Positions 1 to 9,684 of a stretch of 64,000 bases of DNA are shown piece by piece. Every line of letters starts with the position of its first letter. The stretch's first letter is position 1. The stretch comes from Parcubacteria group bacterium GW2011_GWA2_47_21 (GTDB taxonomy: Bacteria; Patescibacteriota; Minisyncoccia; Phycocordibacterales; DSPV01): contig LCOC01000005.1 of assembly GCA_001000545.1 (NCBI GenBank), positions 10,013 to 74,012 on the forward strand, given 5' to 3'. Below the pieces are notes generated by a model. It had not been told where the DNA came from, did not search any database, and was given only the letters and a program-made list of their open reading frames with translations. Both the position numbers and the translations under genes were made by a program.

Positions 1-3000
1 AGACCTCGGTGATGCCCATCACCACATGCTCGGTCTTGGCCTCCGGCAAATCCTTCTCTTTGGTTTTTTTATTTTCTTCGGCCAATTCGTCCGAGCCAAC
101 AATATCGTGGGTGGCAAAACCGGTGCCACCCGGGTCTTTGACCTTTCGTCTGGAAAACATCTGCCGCACTATCAGTTCAATGTGTTTTCTGGCCACCGTT
201 TCGCCTTGCAATTCATAGGGCTTGGAGACTTCTTCAATGATGTAATTTTCCGTCCTCTCTTTGCCGGTGTATTTGAAAAGTTCGTCAATATCCGCCGAAC
301 CGTCCGTAAGGAAGTCGCCGGCTTTGACACTGTCGCCCGTCTTAACCAAAGGCGTGCGGCCGGCTAATGCGGTGTATTCAATGTTTTCCTTTTTGCCTTT
401 TTTGTCCGCGACTTCCGGAATCATGACAATGATTTTTTCGCGGCCGATGTCTTTGATTTCCGCGACCAAACCGTCTCCCTTAGAAATAATGGCCGGATTT
501 TTTGGCGAACGCTTCTCAAAAAGTTCTTCAACGCGCGGCAAACCCTGGGTGATGTCGCCGCCGACCGATGCCGTGCCGCCGGCGTGGAAAGTCCTCATCG
601 TAAGCTGGGTACCCGGCTCGCCGATGGCTTGGGCGGCCACCGTGCCGACCGCTTCGCCGATGTCAACCAATTTGTCCTTGCCCAAGTCAAAACCGTAACA
701 AAAGGCGCAGACACCGAAATTGGACTTGCAGGTCAAAGGCGAACGCACCTTGACGGCGTTTACTCCCGATTTTTCTACCGCCGCCGCGTCCGCTTTGGAA
801 AGGAGGTGGCCTTTTTTAAACAAAATCTTGCCGGCTGCTGAAACATCCTCCGCCACCACTCGTCCGCGAATCGCTTTGCCAATCAAAACCTCAATGCCGG
901 TCAAACTTTTATTGGTTATGGTCACAAAGTCCTTGGTGCCGCAATCCTCTTCGCCGACAATCGCATCTTGAGCCACATCAAACAGCCGGCGCGTCAAATA
1001 ACCGGCTTTGGCGGTGTTTAAAGCCGTATCAGTCAAGCCCTTTCTTGAGCCGTGGGTGGTAATAAAATATTCAATCGGCGTCAATCCTTCCTTCATTGAC
1101 GATAAAATCGGAAATTCAATGGTCTCGCCGGCCGTATTGGCGATAAGGCCCTTCATCCCGACCATCTGGGTAATCTGGGAAAGCGAGCCCCTAGCGCCGG
1201 ATTTCCACAAATCAAAGACCGAACCGACGGGATTTAGAGTGTCGGGAATTAGCCGCTCCACTTCATTTTTGGCTTCATGCCAAATCTGAATATTTTTCCT
1301 GATTCTTTCTTCTTCGGACAACAATCCGTCGTTAAATTCTTCGTTCACTTCATCGGAACGCTTCTTGGCTTTTTCAATCACCGCCCATTTGCCCTCAGGC
1401 ACCACCACATCGTCAATGCCCCAAGTAACGCCGGAGTAAGTGGCGTATTTGAAACCGAAGGCCTTGATTTTATCCATTATCGCCGGAATGTTTTCAATGC
1501 CGTATTTGATTATGAGCCCTTCCACAATGCCGGACATGGACTTCTTATCAATTTCTTTATTGATGAAAGGATAATCAGCCGGCAGGACGGTGTTGAAGAG
1601 CAAGCGCCCGACGGAGGTCTCAAAAAGCTCGCCTTGAAATTCTTTGTATTTGGGCTTATCGGTTGCCAGCACTTTTATCTTGGCGCGAAAATCCAAAACG
1701 CCGAAATCAAAAGCGGTAATGGCTGCGTTAGGGCTGGCAAAATATTTGCCTTCGCCCAAACCGCCCGGCACGATTTTAGTCATCCAGTAGCAACCCAAAA
1801 TGATATCCAGCAATTTGGCGGAAACAATCGGGTCGCCGCTTCCGGGTTTTAAGATATTTTTCGGCGCCGCCATAATTTCTTTCGCTTCCATCTGGGCTTC
1901 GTCGGAAAGCGGCACGTGAACGGCCATTTGGTCGCCGTCAAAGTCGGCGTTAAAGGCGGTGCAGACCAGAGGGTGGACTTGAATGGCGTTGCCTTCAACC
2001 AATATCGGCTGAAAGGCCTGAATGCCGAGCCGGTGGAGAGTCGGCGCGCGGTTTAGGAGCACGTGCTTACCTTTAATGACTTCCTCCAAAATCGCCCAGA
2101 CCTCAGGCGCGTCGTCTTCAATCAGCCGGCCGGCGCCCCTGATGTTGTAAGCCAATTCCCGCTCCAGAAGCTTGGCGATGACGAATGGGCGGAAAAGTTC
2201 AAGCGCCATATGCTTCGGCAAACCGCACTGATGAAGCCCCAATTCCGGACCAACCACAATGACCGAACGGCCCGAATAATCAACGCGTTTCCCCAAAAGA
2301 TTGGAGCGGAAAAGCCCTCTTTTACCCTTGAGATTGTCGGAAAGGGATTTGAGCGGCCGGCGGCTGGCCATAGTCGCCCCGCCGGCGGAGTTGGTGCTGT
2401 GACGGATTGAATTGTCAATCAGCGAATCCGCCGCCTCCTGAAGGATTCTTTTTTCGTTTCGAAGAATGACATCAGGCGCTTTTATCTCAAGGAGTTTCCT
2501 AAGCCGGTTGTTTCGGTTTATCACTCGGCGATAAAGGTCGTTGACATCGGAGGTGGCGTAGCGGCCGCCGTCCAGAGGCACCATCGGCCGAAGAGCCGGG
2601 GGAATGACGGGGATTCTCGTAAGAAACATCCATTCCGGCCGGAGGTTGTTCTTAATCATTGAGCGCACCAACCCCAGCCGTTTGGCGATTTTCTCCCGCT
2701 CGGCGGCGCCGGCATCGGCAAGGTCGCTTTCCAAATTTTCCGCCAGCTTACGCAAATCCAAACTCTTAAAAATTTCATAGATTGACTCGGCGCCAATGCC
2801 CGCCTCAAACATCGCTCCATACTTGACGGAGAAATGGTGGTAGGAAACCTCGTCAAGCACCCGCCCTTCTTGGACGGCGTCAATTTCGCTCTTGGCGTTT
2901 TTAAGCATTTCTTTAAGCGCTTCTTTGGTCTTGTCGTCTTGCACTCTCTTCACCTTGGTTTTGTATTCCGAATCAATGCTTTTAAGAATTTTCTCCCGTT

Positions 3001-3454
3001 CGCTTTCGTCAACGCGGGTGATGATGTAGCCGGCAAAATAAATGACTTTCTCCAAATCGGAGGAGGTCATGCCCAGGATAAGCCCCATTCTTGAAGGCAT
3101 GCTCCGGAGAAACCAAATATGGGATACGGGACTGGAAAGTTCAATATGCCCCATCCGGTCGCGCCGGACGATGGAGCGGGTAAGCTCCACGCCGCACTTT
3201 TCGCAGACGATTCCCTTGAAACGAATGCCGCGATATTTGCCGCAGTAACATTCAAAGTCCTTCTCCGGACCGAAAATCTTTTCGTCAAAGAGTCCGTTCT
3301 TCTCGCTTCTTTGGGTGCGATAATTGATGGTCTCCGGTTTCGTCACTTCGCCTTTTGACCACTCCAAAATTTTCTCCGGCGAAGCCAGTTGGAGGGCGAC
3401 CACGTTGAAGTCGTTAAAAGAAGACGCTTGGGGTTTTTTGTAATTGGTTCTCAT
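1..3454 (-). CDS. rpoC: DNA-directed RNA polymerase subunit beta' (3' end truncated by window edge)
   Basis: Own reverse-complement translation from ATG at 3452-3454 gives MRTNYKKPQASSFNDFNVVALQLASPEKILEWSKGEVTKPETINYRTQ..., Zn-finger CYCGKYRGIRFKGIVCEKCGVE, catalytic NADFDGDQMAVH; the frame continues open to position 1 (no stop, hence absent from ORF track); sits directly downstream of rpoB. All + strand ORFs listed in 9-3400 are antisense artefacts. Confidence 0.9.
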   Translation of the reverse strand, partial: MRTNYKKPQASSFNDFNVVALQLASPEKILEWSKGEVTKPETINYRTQRSEKNGLFDEKIFGPEKDFECYCGKYRGIRFKGIVCEKCGVELTRSIVRRDRMGHIELSSPVSHIWFLRSMPSRMGLILGMTSSDLEKVIYFAGYIITRVDESEREKILKSIDSEYKTKVKRVQDDKTKEALKEMLKNAKSEIDAVQEGRVLDEVSYHHFSVKYGAMFEAGIGAESIYEIFKSLDLRKLAENLESDLADAGAAEREKIAKRLGLVRSMIKNNLRPEWMFLTRIPVIPPALRPMVPLDGGRYATSDVNDLYRRVINRNNRLRKLLEIKAPDVILRNEKRILQEAADSLIDNSIRHSTNSAGGATMASRRPLKSLSDNLKGKRGLFRSNLLGKRVDYSGRSVIVVGPELGLHQCGLPKHMALELFRPFVIAKLLERELAYNIRGAGRLIEDDAPEVWAILEEVIKGKHVLLNRAPTLHRLGIQAFQPILVEGNAIQVHPLVCTAFNADFDGDQMAVHVPLSDEAQMEAKEIMAAPKNILKPGSGDPIVSAKLLDIILGCYWMTKIVPGGLGEGKYFASPNAAITAFDFGVLDFRAKIKVLATDKPKYKEFQGELFETSVGRLLFNTVLPADYPFINKEIDKKSMSGIVEGLIIKYGIENIPAIMDKIKAFGFKYATYSGVTWGIDDVVVPEGKWAVIEKAKKRSDEVNEEFNDGLLSEEERIRKNIQIWHEAKNEVERLIPDTLNPVGSVFDLWKSGARGSLSQITQMVGMKGLIANTAGETIEFPILSSMKEGLTPIEYFITTHGSRKGLTDTALNTAKAGYLTRRLFDVAQDAIVGEEDCGTKDFVTITNKSLTGIEVLIGKAIRGRVVAEDVSAAGKILFKKGHLLSKADAAAVEKSGVNAVKVRSPLTCKSNFGVCAFCYGFDLGKDKLVDIGEAVGTVAAQAIGEPGTQLTMRTFHAGGTASVGGDITQGLPRVEELFEKRSPKNPAIISKGDGLVAEIKDIGREKIIVMIPEVADKKGKKENIEYTALAGRTPLVKTGDSVKAGDFLTDGSADIDELFKYTGKERTENYIIEEVSKPYELQGETVARKHIELIVRQMFSRRKVKDPGGTGFATHDIVGSDELAEENKKTKEKDLPEAKTEHVVMGITEV

Positions 3455-3546
3455 ATGATTTTAATTGAATATAATCGCTTAATTTGTTTGGGAAAACTTT
3501 TGAACGGGGGGATTCCAAGAGGACGAATTTACTTTCTGGCAAGAAA

Positions 3547-6500
3547 CTATTGGGCATCCGCGCTCAAACCTTTGTCCGCGTTTCGACCTTCTTCCGGAAG
3601 CCGGAGCAATTCCACATTGAGCGACAGCCCTTTCAAGTTGTTCAAAAGCACGCTGAAAGAAGCGGGCGCGTTGGAGTCCTTAATGCGTTCGCCTTTGACG
3701 ATGGCGTCAAACGCCGCCGAGCGCCCCAAGATATCGTCGGATTTAATGGTGAGCATTTCCCGCAAAGTGTACGCGGCGCCGTGGCCCAAGAGAGCCCAGA
3801 CTTCCATTTCCCCGAATCGCTGGCCGCCGCCTTGAGCCTTGCCGCCCAAGGGCTGTTGGGTAATAAGCGAATACGGACCGATGGAGCGCATGTGGATTTT
3901 GTCTTCCACCATATGATGAAGTTTCAAAATATACATATAACCGACGGCGATATTTTGGCTGAATGATTCGCCGGTCCGGCCGTCATAGAGTTTCATCTTG
4001 CCGCTCCGGTCAAAACCGGCCTTTACCAATTCGTCTTTCACTTCCTCGTCGCTCGCGCCGGTAAAGGGGGGCACAATGGCCTGGTAACCCTGGGTGTGGG
4101 CGGCCAGGCCCAAATGTAATTCCAGAATTTGCCCCAAATTCATGCGCGACGGTACTCCGAGCGGAGTCAAAATAATGTCCACCGGCGTGCCGTCGGGCAG
4201 GTAAGGCATATCGGCTTCGGGCAGCACGCGGGAAATGACGCCTTTGTTGCCGTGCCGGCCAGCCAATTTGTCGCCCACCGAGACATTCCGGAGTTCCGCC
4301 ACTTCAATGTGAATTCGCTTCAAAATTCCGCTATCCAACTTATCGCCCCGTTCGCGGGAGAAAACTTTCACGCCGATTATCCGGCCCCTCTTGCCGTTCT
4401 CCATCCGCTTGGAGGTGTCTTTGACATCACGGGCTTTCTCGCCGAAAAGCGAGCGGAGCAATCGTTCCTCCGGAGTGAGCTGGGTTTCGCCTTTGGGCGT
4501 AATTTTCCCTACCAGAATATCACCCGGCCTAACTTCCGCCCCAACCCGGACAATGCCGTCCTCGTCAAGATTTTTGAGTTTGACTTCGCCGACATTCGGA
4601 ATATCGTGGGTCGTCACTTCGGGACCAAGCTTCGTGTCTCTGACATTCACCACAAATTCTTCAATGTGAATGGAAGTAAATTTACTGTCCTTGACCAACC
4701 GCTCGGAAATGATAATGGCGTCTTCGTAATTGAAACCGCTCCAAGACATAAAAGCGACCAGCACATTGTGGCCCAAAGCCATTTCCCCACCGACGCTTGA
4801 AGAGGTGTCGGCCAAAACCGTTCCTTTCTTTACTTTATCGCCAGCTTTGACAATCGGCCTCTGGTGGAAGACGGTAAAGCCGTTAGTTCGGGAAAAATTG
4901 ACAAGCTTGTATTCCCTGTCCTTGCTTTTGGAATTCTTGACGATAATTTTCTTGGCGTCAGAATAAGAGACCGTCCCTTCCTCAAGCGCGTTGACGACTC
5001 GGCCGGTGTCTTTAGCCGCCTGTTTTTCTATGCCCGTCGCAACCAAAGGCGCTTCCGGCACGATAGACGGCGTGGCTTGCTTTTGCATGTTTGAACCCAT
5101 AAGCGCTCTGTTGGCGTCGTCATGATTTAAAAATGGAATCATGGAGGTGGCGATGGAAAACGCTTGGTTGGTGGCGACATCTATAAAATCAACGCTTTCC
5201 TTTTTCGCCAAACCCGGCTTGCCACCAAGCCGGACTTCCGCCACTTCTTCCAGAAGCTCGCCTTTTTCGTTGTAGAGGGTGGCGGCGTGAGCGATATTGT
5301 AGTTTTCTTCTTCGTAAGCGTTTAGGTAGACGATTTCTTTGGTAATCATTCCGTTCTTCACTTTGGCATAAGGCGTCTCAATCATGCCGAAATCGTTTAT
5401 CCTGGCGTAGGTGGCCAATCTAAGAATCAAGCCGATGTTCGGGCCTTCCGGAGTGTGGATCGGACAAACCCGTCCGTAATGCGACGGGTGAACGTCCCGG
5501 ACTTCAAAACCGGCCCGCTCCCTGGTCAAACCGCCGGGGCCCAAAGCCGAAAAAGTCCGAAGGTGCTCCAACTCGGCCAAGATATTTTCTTGGGCCATAA
5601 ATTGGGAAAGCTGGTTGGTGGTGAAAAATTCTTTGATGCGGGCTTGCAGGGGCTTCGGAGAAATAAACTGGACCGGTGTCGTAACATCGGATTCAATCGT
5701 AGACATCCGGTCTTGGATATTCCGCTTTATCTGGGTCATACCAACGCGGATTTTTTGCTGGAGCAGTTCTCCCACATAGCGGACCCGCCGGCTTCCCAAG
5801 TGGTCTATATCGTCCTCCATCGCGCCGGCCGTGGTGTTTAATTTTATGATGTTGCCGACGATGTGAATCAAGTCGGTCAAGGTGATTTTCCTCTGCTCCA
5901 TGTCTTTTTCAGAAAGCCCCAAACCGAAGCGTTTGTTGAATTTGAAACGGCCGACTTTGGAAATATCATAACGCTCGGAGCTGAACAACCCATTGATGAA
6001 TTCCTTGGCATTATCTATGGAGCGCATATCGCCGTCGCGGAGCCGTTTGTGAATTTCAAGGTAGGATTCGGCAACGGTCTTGGCGTGGTCTTTTTCAAAA
6101 GACGCGTCAAGGAACGCCGGCGCTTCTTTAATGTCCGCAAAATGCTTTCTTATGATTTCGTCATTCTCGGCGCCAAACACCCGCAAGAGAGAGGTGATGG
6201 AGAATTTTCTCTGCCGGTCAATCCTAACGTAAATAGCACCGTCCGGCTCGGCATCTATCTCAACCCAAACGCCTCTGGAAGGAATAATCTTCGCGCCGAA
6301 ATACTGTTTGCCTTTGAATTCCGTCTTGGTAAAAAAGACGCCGAAAGAACGGGCCAGTTGCGGGACAATCACCCGCTCCACTCCGGAAATAATGAAAGTG
6401 CCGTGAGAGGTCATCATCGGCAAATCGGCGAGAAAAATTTCCTGCTCTTTGCTCACGCCCAATGTCTTATTTTTCAAACGAACGGTTACTTTAAGCGAAG

Positions 6501-6807
6501 CGTCATAAGTTAACTTATTGTCTTTGGCGAAATATTCGTCGCTCTTCGGCTCCCCGATTTTCAAACCCATGAAGTCCAATTCAAATTTTTTTCCCGAATG
6601 GTCTTTGAGCGCGGTGAACTCGCTTATCACTTCTTTGATGCCGTGGCTTAAAAGCCAGTTAAAGGAGTGGAGTTGCGATTCCACAAGGTTGGGCATGGTT
6701 ATTAGCGGCTCCTTGAAACGGCTCCAATATTTTTTGGGCCGGACGGCGCCATGAAGCAAAGGCGAAGCGATAAGTTGTTTGGTTATGGGAAATTTGTCGC
6801 TGGTCAT
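3547..6807 (-). CDS. rpoB: DNA-directed RNA polymerase subunit beta
   Basis: 1086-aa ORF; conserved RpoB blocks throughout (e.g. GRHGNKGVISRVLP, EVRDVHPSHYGRVCPIHTPEGPNIGLI, GGQRFGEMEVWALLGHGAAYTLREMLT); immediately followed by rpoC. Confidence 0.95.
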   Translation of the reverse strand: MTSDKFPITKQLIASPLLHGAVRPKKYWSRFKEPLITMPNLVESQLHSFNWLLSHGIKEVISEFTALKDHSGKKFELDFMGLKIGEPKSDEYFAKDNKLTYDASLKVTVRLKNKTLGVSKEQEIFLADLPMMTSHGTFIISGVERVIVPQLARSFGVFFTKTEFKGKQYFGAKIIPSRGVWVEIDAEPDGAIYVRIDRQRKFSITSLLRVFGAENDEIIRKHFADIKEAPAFLDASFEKDHAKTVAESYLEIHKRLRDGDMRSIDNAKEFINGLFSSERYDISKVGRFKFNKRFGLGLSEKDMEQRKITLTDLIHIVGNIIKLNTTAGAMEDDIDHLGSRRVRYVGELLQQKIRVGMTQIKRNIQDRMSTIESDVTTPVQFISPKPLQARIKEFFTTNQLSQFMAQENILAELEHLRTFSALGPGGLTRERAGFEVRDVHPSHYGRVCPIHTPEGPNIGLILRLATYARINDFGMIETPYAKVKNGMITKEIVYLNAYEEENYNIAHAATLYNEKGELLEEVAEVRLGGKPGLAKKESVDFIDVATNQAFSIATSMIPFLNHDDANRALMGSNMQKQATPSIVPEAPLVATGIEKQAAKDTGRVVNALEEGTVSYSDAKKIIVKNSKSKDREYKLVNFSRTNGFTVFHQRPIVKAGDKVKKGTVLADTSSSVGGEMALGHNVLVAFMSWSGFNYEDAIIISERLVKDSKFTSIHIEEFVVNVRDTKLGPEVTTHDIPNVGEVKLKNLDEDGIVRVGAEVRPGDILVGKITPKGETQLTPEERLLRSLFGEKARDVKDTSKRMENGKRGRIIGVKVFSRERGDKLDSGILKRIHIEVAELRNVSVGDKLAGRHGNKGVISRVLPEADMPYLPDGTPVDIILTPLGVPSRMNLGQILELHLGLAAHTQGYQAIVPPFTGASDEEVKDELVKAGFDRSGKMKLYDGRTGESFSQNIAVGYMYILKLHHMVEDKIHMRSIGPYSLITQQPLGGKAQGGGQRFGEMEVWALLGHGAAYTLREMLTIKSDDILGRSAAFDAIVKGERIKDSNAPASFSVLLNNLKGLSLNVELLRLPEEGRNADKGLSADAQ

Positions 6808-7284
6808 AAAAAATAACCGGTGAATTAATAAAAAAATTTAAATTAAAGAATGGCGCCGCGACGCCAACCAATATCCAAGTTCCTTTCGTAAAGTTAAAGC
6901 AAAAAACGAGGCCAAAAAGAAAAACACCCACGCAAAAAACCGCGTGAATCTTTAATAAGCCCTCGTTATTTAAAGTTTGCCAAAAAAATGGGGCGTTTAT
7001 TGGCTTCTAAAGCGTCGCCAGCCGCTACTCAATCGTGGCAGGTATTCTATACGAGCTATTTTTAATGTCAAGCGAAAAGTCAAGAGAGTTATCCACAACT
7101 GGATACGGAACAAGCGCGCCTGCCTGCCCCGCCGGGGCGGTAGGCAGGAAACTATACGACGCTAACGCAGAAAATACAAAGACGATTAAAGTGGGTTTTG
7201 CTCTACTGCCAAAATTAGTATGTTAACCCCATAAACCGAGAGCGTGTGCTATATTATTGTTCGGCAGGTATTAAAATAAAAGCC

Positions 7285-7366
7285 GGGCGAGTGGCGGAAC
7301 TGGCATACGCGTGCGCCTTAGGAGCGCATTCCGAAAGGATTGTGGGTTCAAATCCCACCTCGCCCA
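7285..7366 (+). tRNA. tRNA-Leu (anticodon UAG), class II with long variable arm
   Basis: Manual fold: acceptor GGGCGAG/CTCGCCC, D-arm with GG, anticodon stem TGCGC/GCGCA with loop CTTAGGA (UAG), 13-nt variable arm, T-arm GTGGG-TTCAAAT-CCCAC, discriminator A; no encoded CCA. Confidence 0.8.
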
Positions 7367-7530
7367 TTGAACGAAGTGAGACGGCGGAAGCATTGTGCCT
7401 ACGCACAATGCGGGTGGGATTTGAAAGGCTTTTCGTTATCGAACCGACTGGAAGGAGGTGAGATCGAAAAGCACCTGGCGATGATCGAAAAGCACCTGGC
7501 GATGTAGTCGCCAAATCCCACCCATTGACA
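7367..7530 (+). other. Structured non-coding region downstream of tRNA-Leu: local hairpin, 12-bp long-range inverted repeat (GGGTGGGATTTG...CAAATCCCACCC) enclosing a tandem 21-bp direct repeat (ATCGAAAAGCACCTGGCGATG x2); partial copy of tRNA-Leu 3' end (CAAATCCCACC..CCATTGA)
   Basis: Seen directly: CATTGTGC-ctac-GCACAATG hairpin at ~7393-7412; GGGTGGGATTTG at ~7412 pairs with CAAATCCCACCC at ~7513; exact 21-bp tandem duplication in between. Confidence 0.5.
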
Positions 7531-7620
7531 TTGATACATTAGATGTGCTAACTTTGTTTCCAGAGGCACAAATACAATTTTGGCTTCAATTCAAACACAC
7601 ACAGAAAAAACAGAAAGAAC

Positions 7621-8064
7621 ATGATAAGAACAAAAGTACTGTTAGTGTCTGGAAGGAGAGGCGGCAAAACCAAGGAGGAGATTAAAACCTTAATGAAAGA
7701 TGAGTTAGAGCAAGCGGGGCACGAAGTGCTCATTGCTCAAAATGTTGACGATGCGTTATACCTTGTCTACCACGAAGAAAACGTGTCGGTAATGATAACT
7801 GAGGCGGACATCACTGGTTATCAAGACGGCGTGGAGTTAATCAGGGCGGTCCATGATATAAACCACGGAACGACTAAGACCGTTCTCACCAGCGGCCGGT
7901 ATGTGGAAGAGTTAATTGAACTCGCCCACCTCGCTGGTGCCACCGCTTACTGGTCAAGACCGTCCAGCATGAAGAGTTTGGTCCACCTCATTGCCCAAAT
8001 TCTTCAAGACCAAGGAGAAATGGCGGCTGAAGCAATGGTCGCGACCGCGCCGGCAATGGCGTAA
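7621..8064 (+). CDS. CheY-like receiver-domain protein, atypical (stand-alone, degenerate acidic pocket)
   Basis: 147 aa; receiver-like spacing of conserved T (TKTVLTSG) and K-equivalent region (GATAYWSRP, K replaced by R); putative phospho-Asp in ITEAD; no output domain. Confidence 0.5.
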   Translation: MIRTKVLLVSGRRGGKTKEEIKTLMKDELEQAGHEVLIAQNVDDALYLVYHEENVSVMITEADITGYQDGVELIRAVHDINHGTTKTVLTSGRYVEELIELAHLAGATAYWSRPSSMKSLVHLIAQILQDQGEMAAEAMVATAPAMA

Positions 8065-8093
8065 CCTAATAACCGCCGAAGCCAAAATCACCA

Positions 8094-8126
8094 CAGGCCC
8101 GTCCGAAATGGACGGCCTGTTTTTTA
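8094..8126 (+). terminator. Rho-independent terminator after receiver gene
   Basis: CAGGCCCGTCC-gaaat-GGACGGCCTG followed by TTTTTT. Confidence 0.75.
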
Positions 8127-8220
8127 TGCTTCACCATTTTTTTACTACTTTTTTATGATTCATCTTTATAAATTTTATAAATTCTGGTTAGCAAAATCTC
8201 TTTAATTGAAGCCCCGCCAA

Positions 8221-8303
8221 CGCGTCAACCTGCCAGGTTGACGCGCAAAAATGGCTTTGTTTAGACGTATAATCTAAAGTGGTCAACCTGCCAGGTTGAC
8301 GCG
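8221..8303 (+). promoter_or_regulatory. Operator-like pair of palindromes (core GTCAACCTGCCAGGTTGAC) bracketing a TATAAT -10 element upstream of the SPFH operon
   Basis: CGCGTCAACCTGCCAGGTTGACGCG at 8221-8245 and GTCAACCTGCCAGGTTGACGCG at 8282-8303, centres ~59 bp apart with TATAAT at 8268-8273 between them; a third copy of the core occurs at 27902-27928. Confidence 0.5.
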
Positions 8304-8457
8304 TTGGGATGGCACGCAAGGACGGGAGGATAACACCCTCTGCTGTGACCATTTTTTCGACAAAACGCGACATTGACACAGTGAACATAATGTGATAGCT
8401 TATCCGACAGATTTCGTCAAAGTGGCCTTTGACAAAAGAAGAAACTGAAACACCATC

Positions 8458-9684
8458 ATGGAGTGGATTGTTCTATGGCTGGCTGAAAGGGATTTGTTCT
8501 TAACTACAGTAAAAGAGGCGCAAGCGAAGATCGTCGTGCGTTATGATGGGATTGACCGTTGTATCATGGCTTACAAGGACCATGTCTTGGCGCAAAAGGG
8601 CCAGACCTACAAAATGCCAATCAAAAAACTGAAACCGACTGATCCGAAGGAGTTGGAAGATGGGGCGGTGGATAAAAAGGTCGGAGAGGAGTACGAGACA
8701 TGGGTTAAAAACGCCGACGGCGCACTACAACAAAAAAAGTGCAAGTTGGACGAATGGGATGTGCTGCCGGCAGATTGGTTTCAAATAGACGCAAACGGAA
8801 ATACAACTCCCCCTTTGGAAGATGGGGGATGGCAAAAAAGATTCGGAGGGGGACTCCGCTGGCTCGGCTTGCCAGGCGTCAATACCATCTACAGATACAA
8901 CTTTATCTGGACAAGTCTAGAACAAAAAAAGGAAGAATCGTCTGGCAAAATCAAGACGGTCTTTGTCACCAAAGAATTCACGGGGGAGGCAGAAAAACGG
9001 GGCGGTAATGGTCCCATAGATTATGTTCCACTGTTTATTGACACCTATGTGGCCCAAGTGGAAGAAGCCGACAGCCGTGACGGGGTACCGTTTAATGTTC
9101 AGTACTTGATAACAGCTAGAGTGGTAAATCCGTACAAAGCTACACAAAAAGTCCATCGCTGGTTGGAGACCGTTCAAAACCAAATCGGTGGTAAAATTGT
9201 GGACTTTGTGCGCGACCACTCCTACACAGACCTATTAGATCAATCAAAAACGGATCCCAGTAAGCCGTCTGATTCCAAGATTGCGTTAGAATTAAACACT
9301 CTTCTATCGGACGAAAGACATTTCGATGAATTTGAGGAAAATCTGGGCGTTAAAGTGGACAAAATTCAAATCTGGGACATCAGTCCATCAAATCCAAAGT
9401 TCATTGAAACAGTCACGAAGAGGTTCACGGCCGAGCAGGAAGGTAAAGCCAATGTGGTTACAGCCACTTACTACCAACAACAACGCAAACTGGAGGCAAC
9501 CGCCGACGAGGATTACAACAGGAGGGTCTACGGCGCCATCAAGGAAGCCGGCGGCATGACGGTGGAAACGGCAAAACAACTCAAAGAAATCAAAGGTGTG
9601 TTGTCGCTTGGCGGCGAAGCTGCCAATATCATAGTCCAGCAACCACAACCAGAGAAAGAAAAGAAAGTGGAGGAAAAGAAATGA
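8458..9684 (+). CDS. SPFH/band-7 (stomatin/flotillin-like) domain protein with ~190-aa N-terminal extension
   Basis: Blocks alignable to SPFH consensus: RFGGGLRWLGLPGVNTIYRYNF (G..r.l.PG motif), LFIDTYVAQVEEADSRDGVPFNVQYLITARVVNP, IGGKIVDFVRDHSYTDLL, VKVDKIQIWDISPS..., C-terminal coiled-coil/lysine-glutamate tail. Confidence 0.55.
   Translation: MEWIVLWLAERDLFLTTVKEAQAKIVVRYDGIDRCIMAYKDHVLAQKGQTYKMPIKKLKPTDPKELEDGAVDKKVGEEYETWVKNADGALQQKKCKLDEWDVLPADWFQIDANGNTTPPLEDGGWQKRFGGGLRWLGLPGVNTIYRYNFIWTSLEQKKEESSGKIKTVFVTKEFTGEAEKRGGNGPIDYVPLFIDTYVAQVEEADSRDGVPFNVQYLITARVVNPYKATQKVHRWLETVQNQIGGKIVDFVRDHSYTDLLDQSKTDPSKPSDSKIALELNTLLSDERHFDEFEENLGVKVDKIQIWDISPSNPKFIETVTKRFTAEQEGKANVVTATYYQQQRKLEATADEDYNRRVYGAIKEAGGMTVETAKQLKEIKGVLSLGGEAANIIVQQPQPEKEKKVEEKK

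Noticed and set aside
9-3400. Many + strand ORFs from the track (e.g. 26-367, 261-698, 1277-1852, 2063-2410, 3119-3358)
   Set aside because: They lie antisense inside the unreported but clearly real minus-strand rpoC; no motifs, frames broken by rpoC codon structure.
4129-6513. + strand ORFs 4129-4800, 5455-5841, 5863-6513 etc.
   Set aside because: Antisense to rpoB; spurious long open frames in a strongly constrained coding region.
6808-7284. Short + strand ORFs upstream of rpoB (6977-7165, 7035-7226)
   Set aside because: Lie in the rpoB promoter/leader region immediately before a tRNA; low complexity, no support.
8188-8388. Minus-strand 66-aa ORF
   Set aside because: Covers the palindromic operator/promoter region upstream of the SPFH operon; no coding signal.
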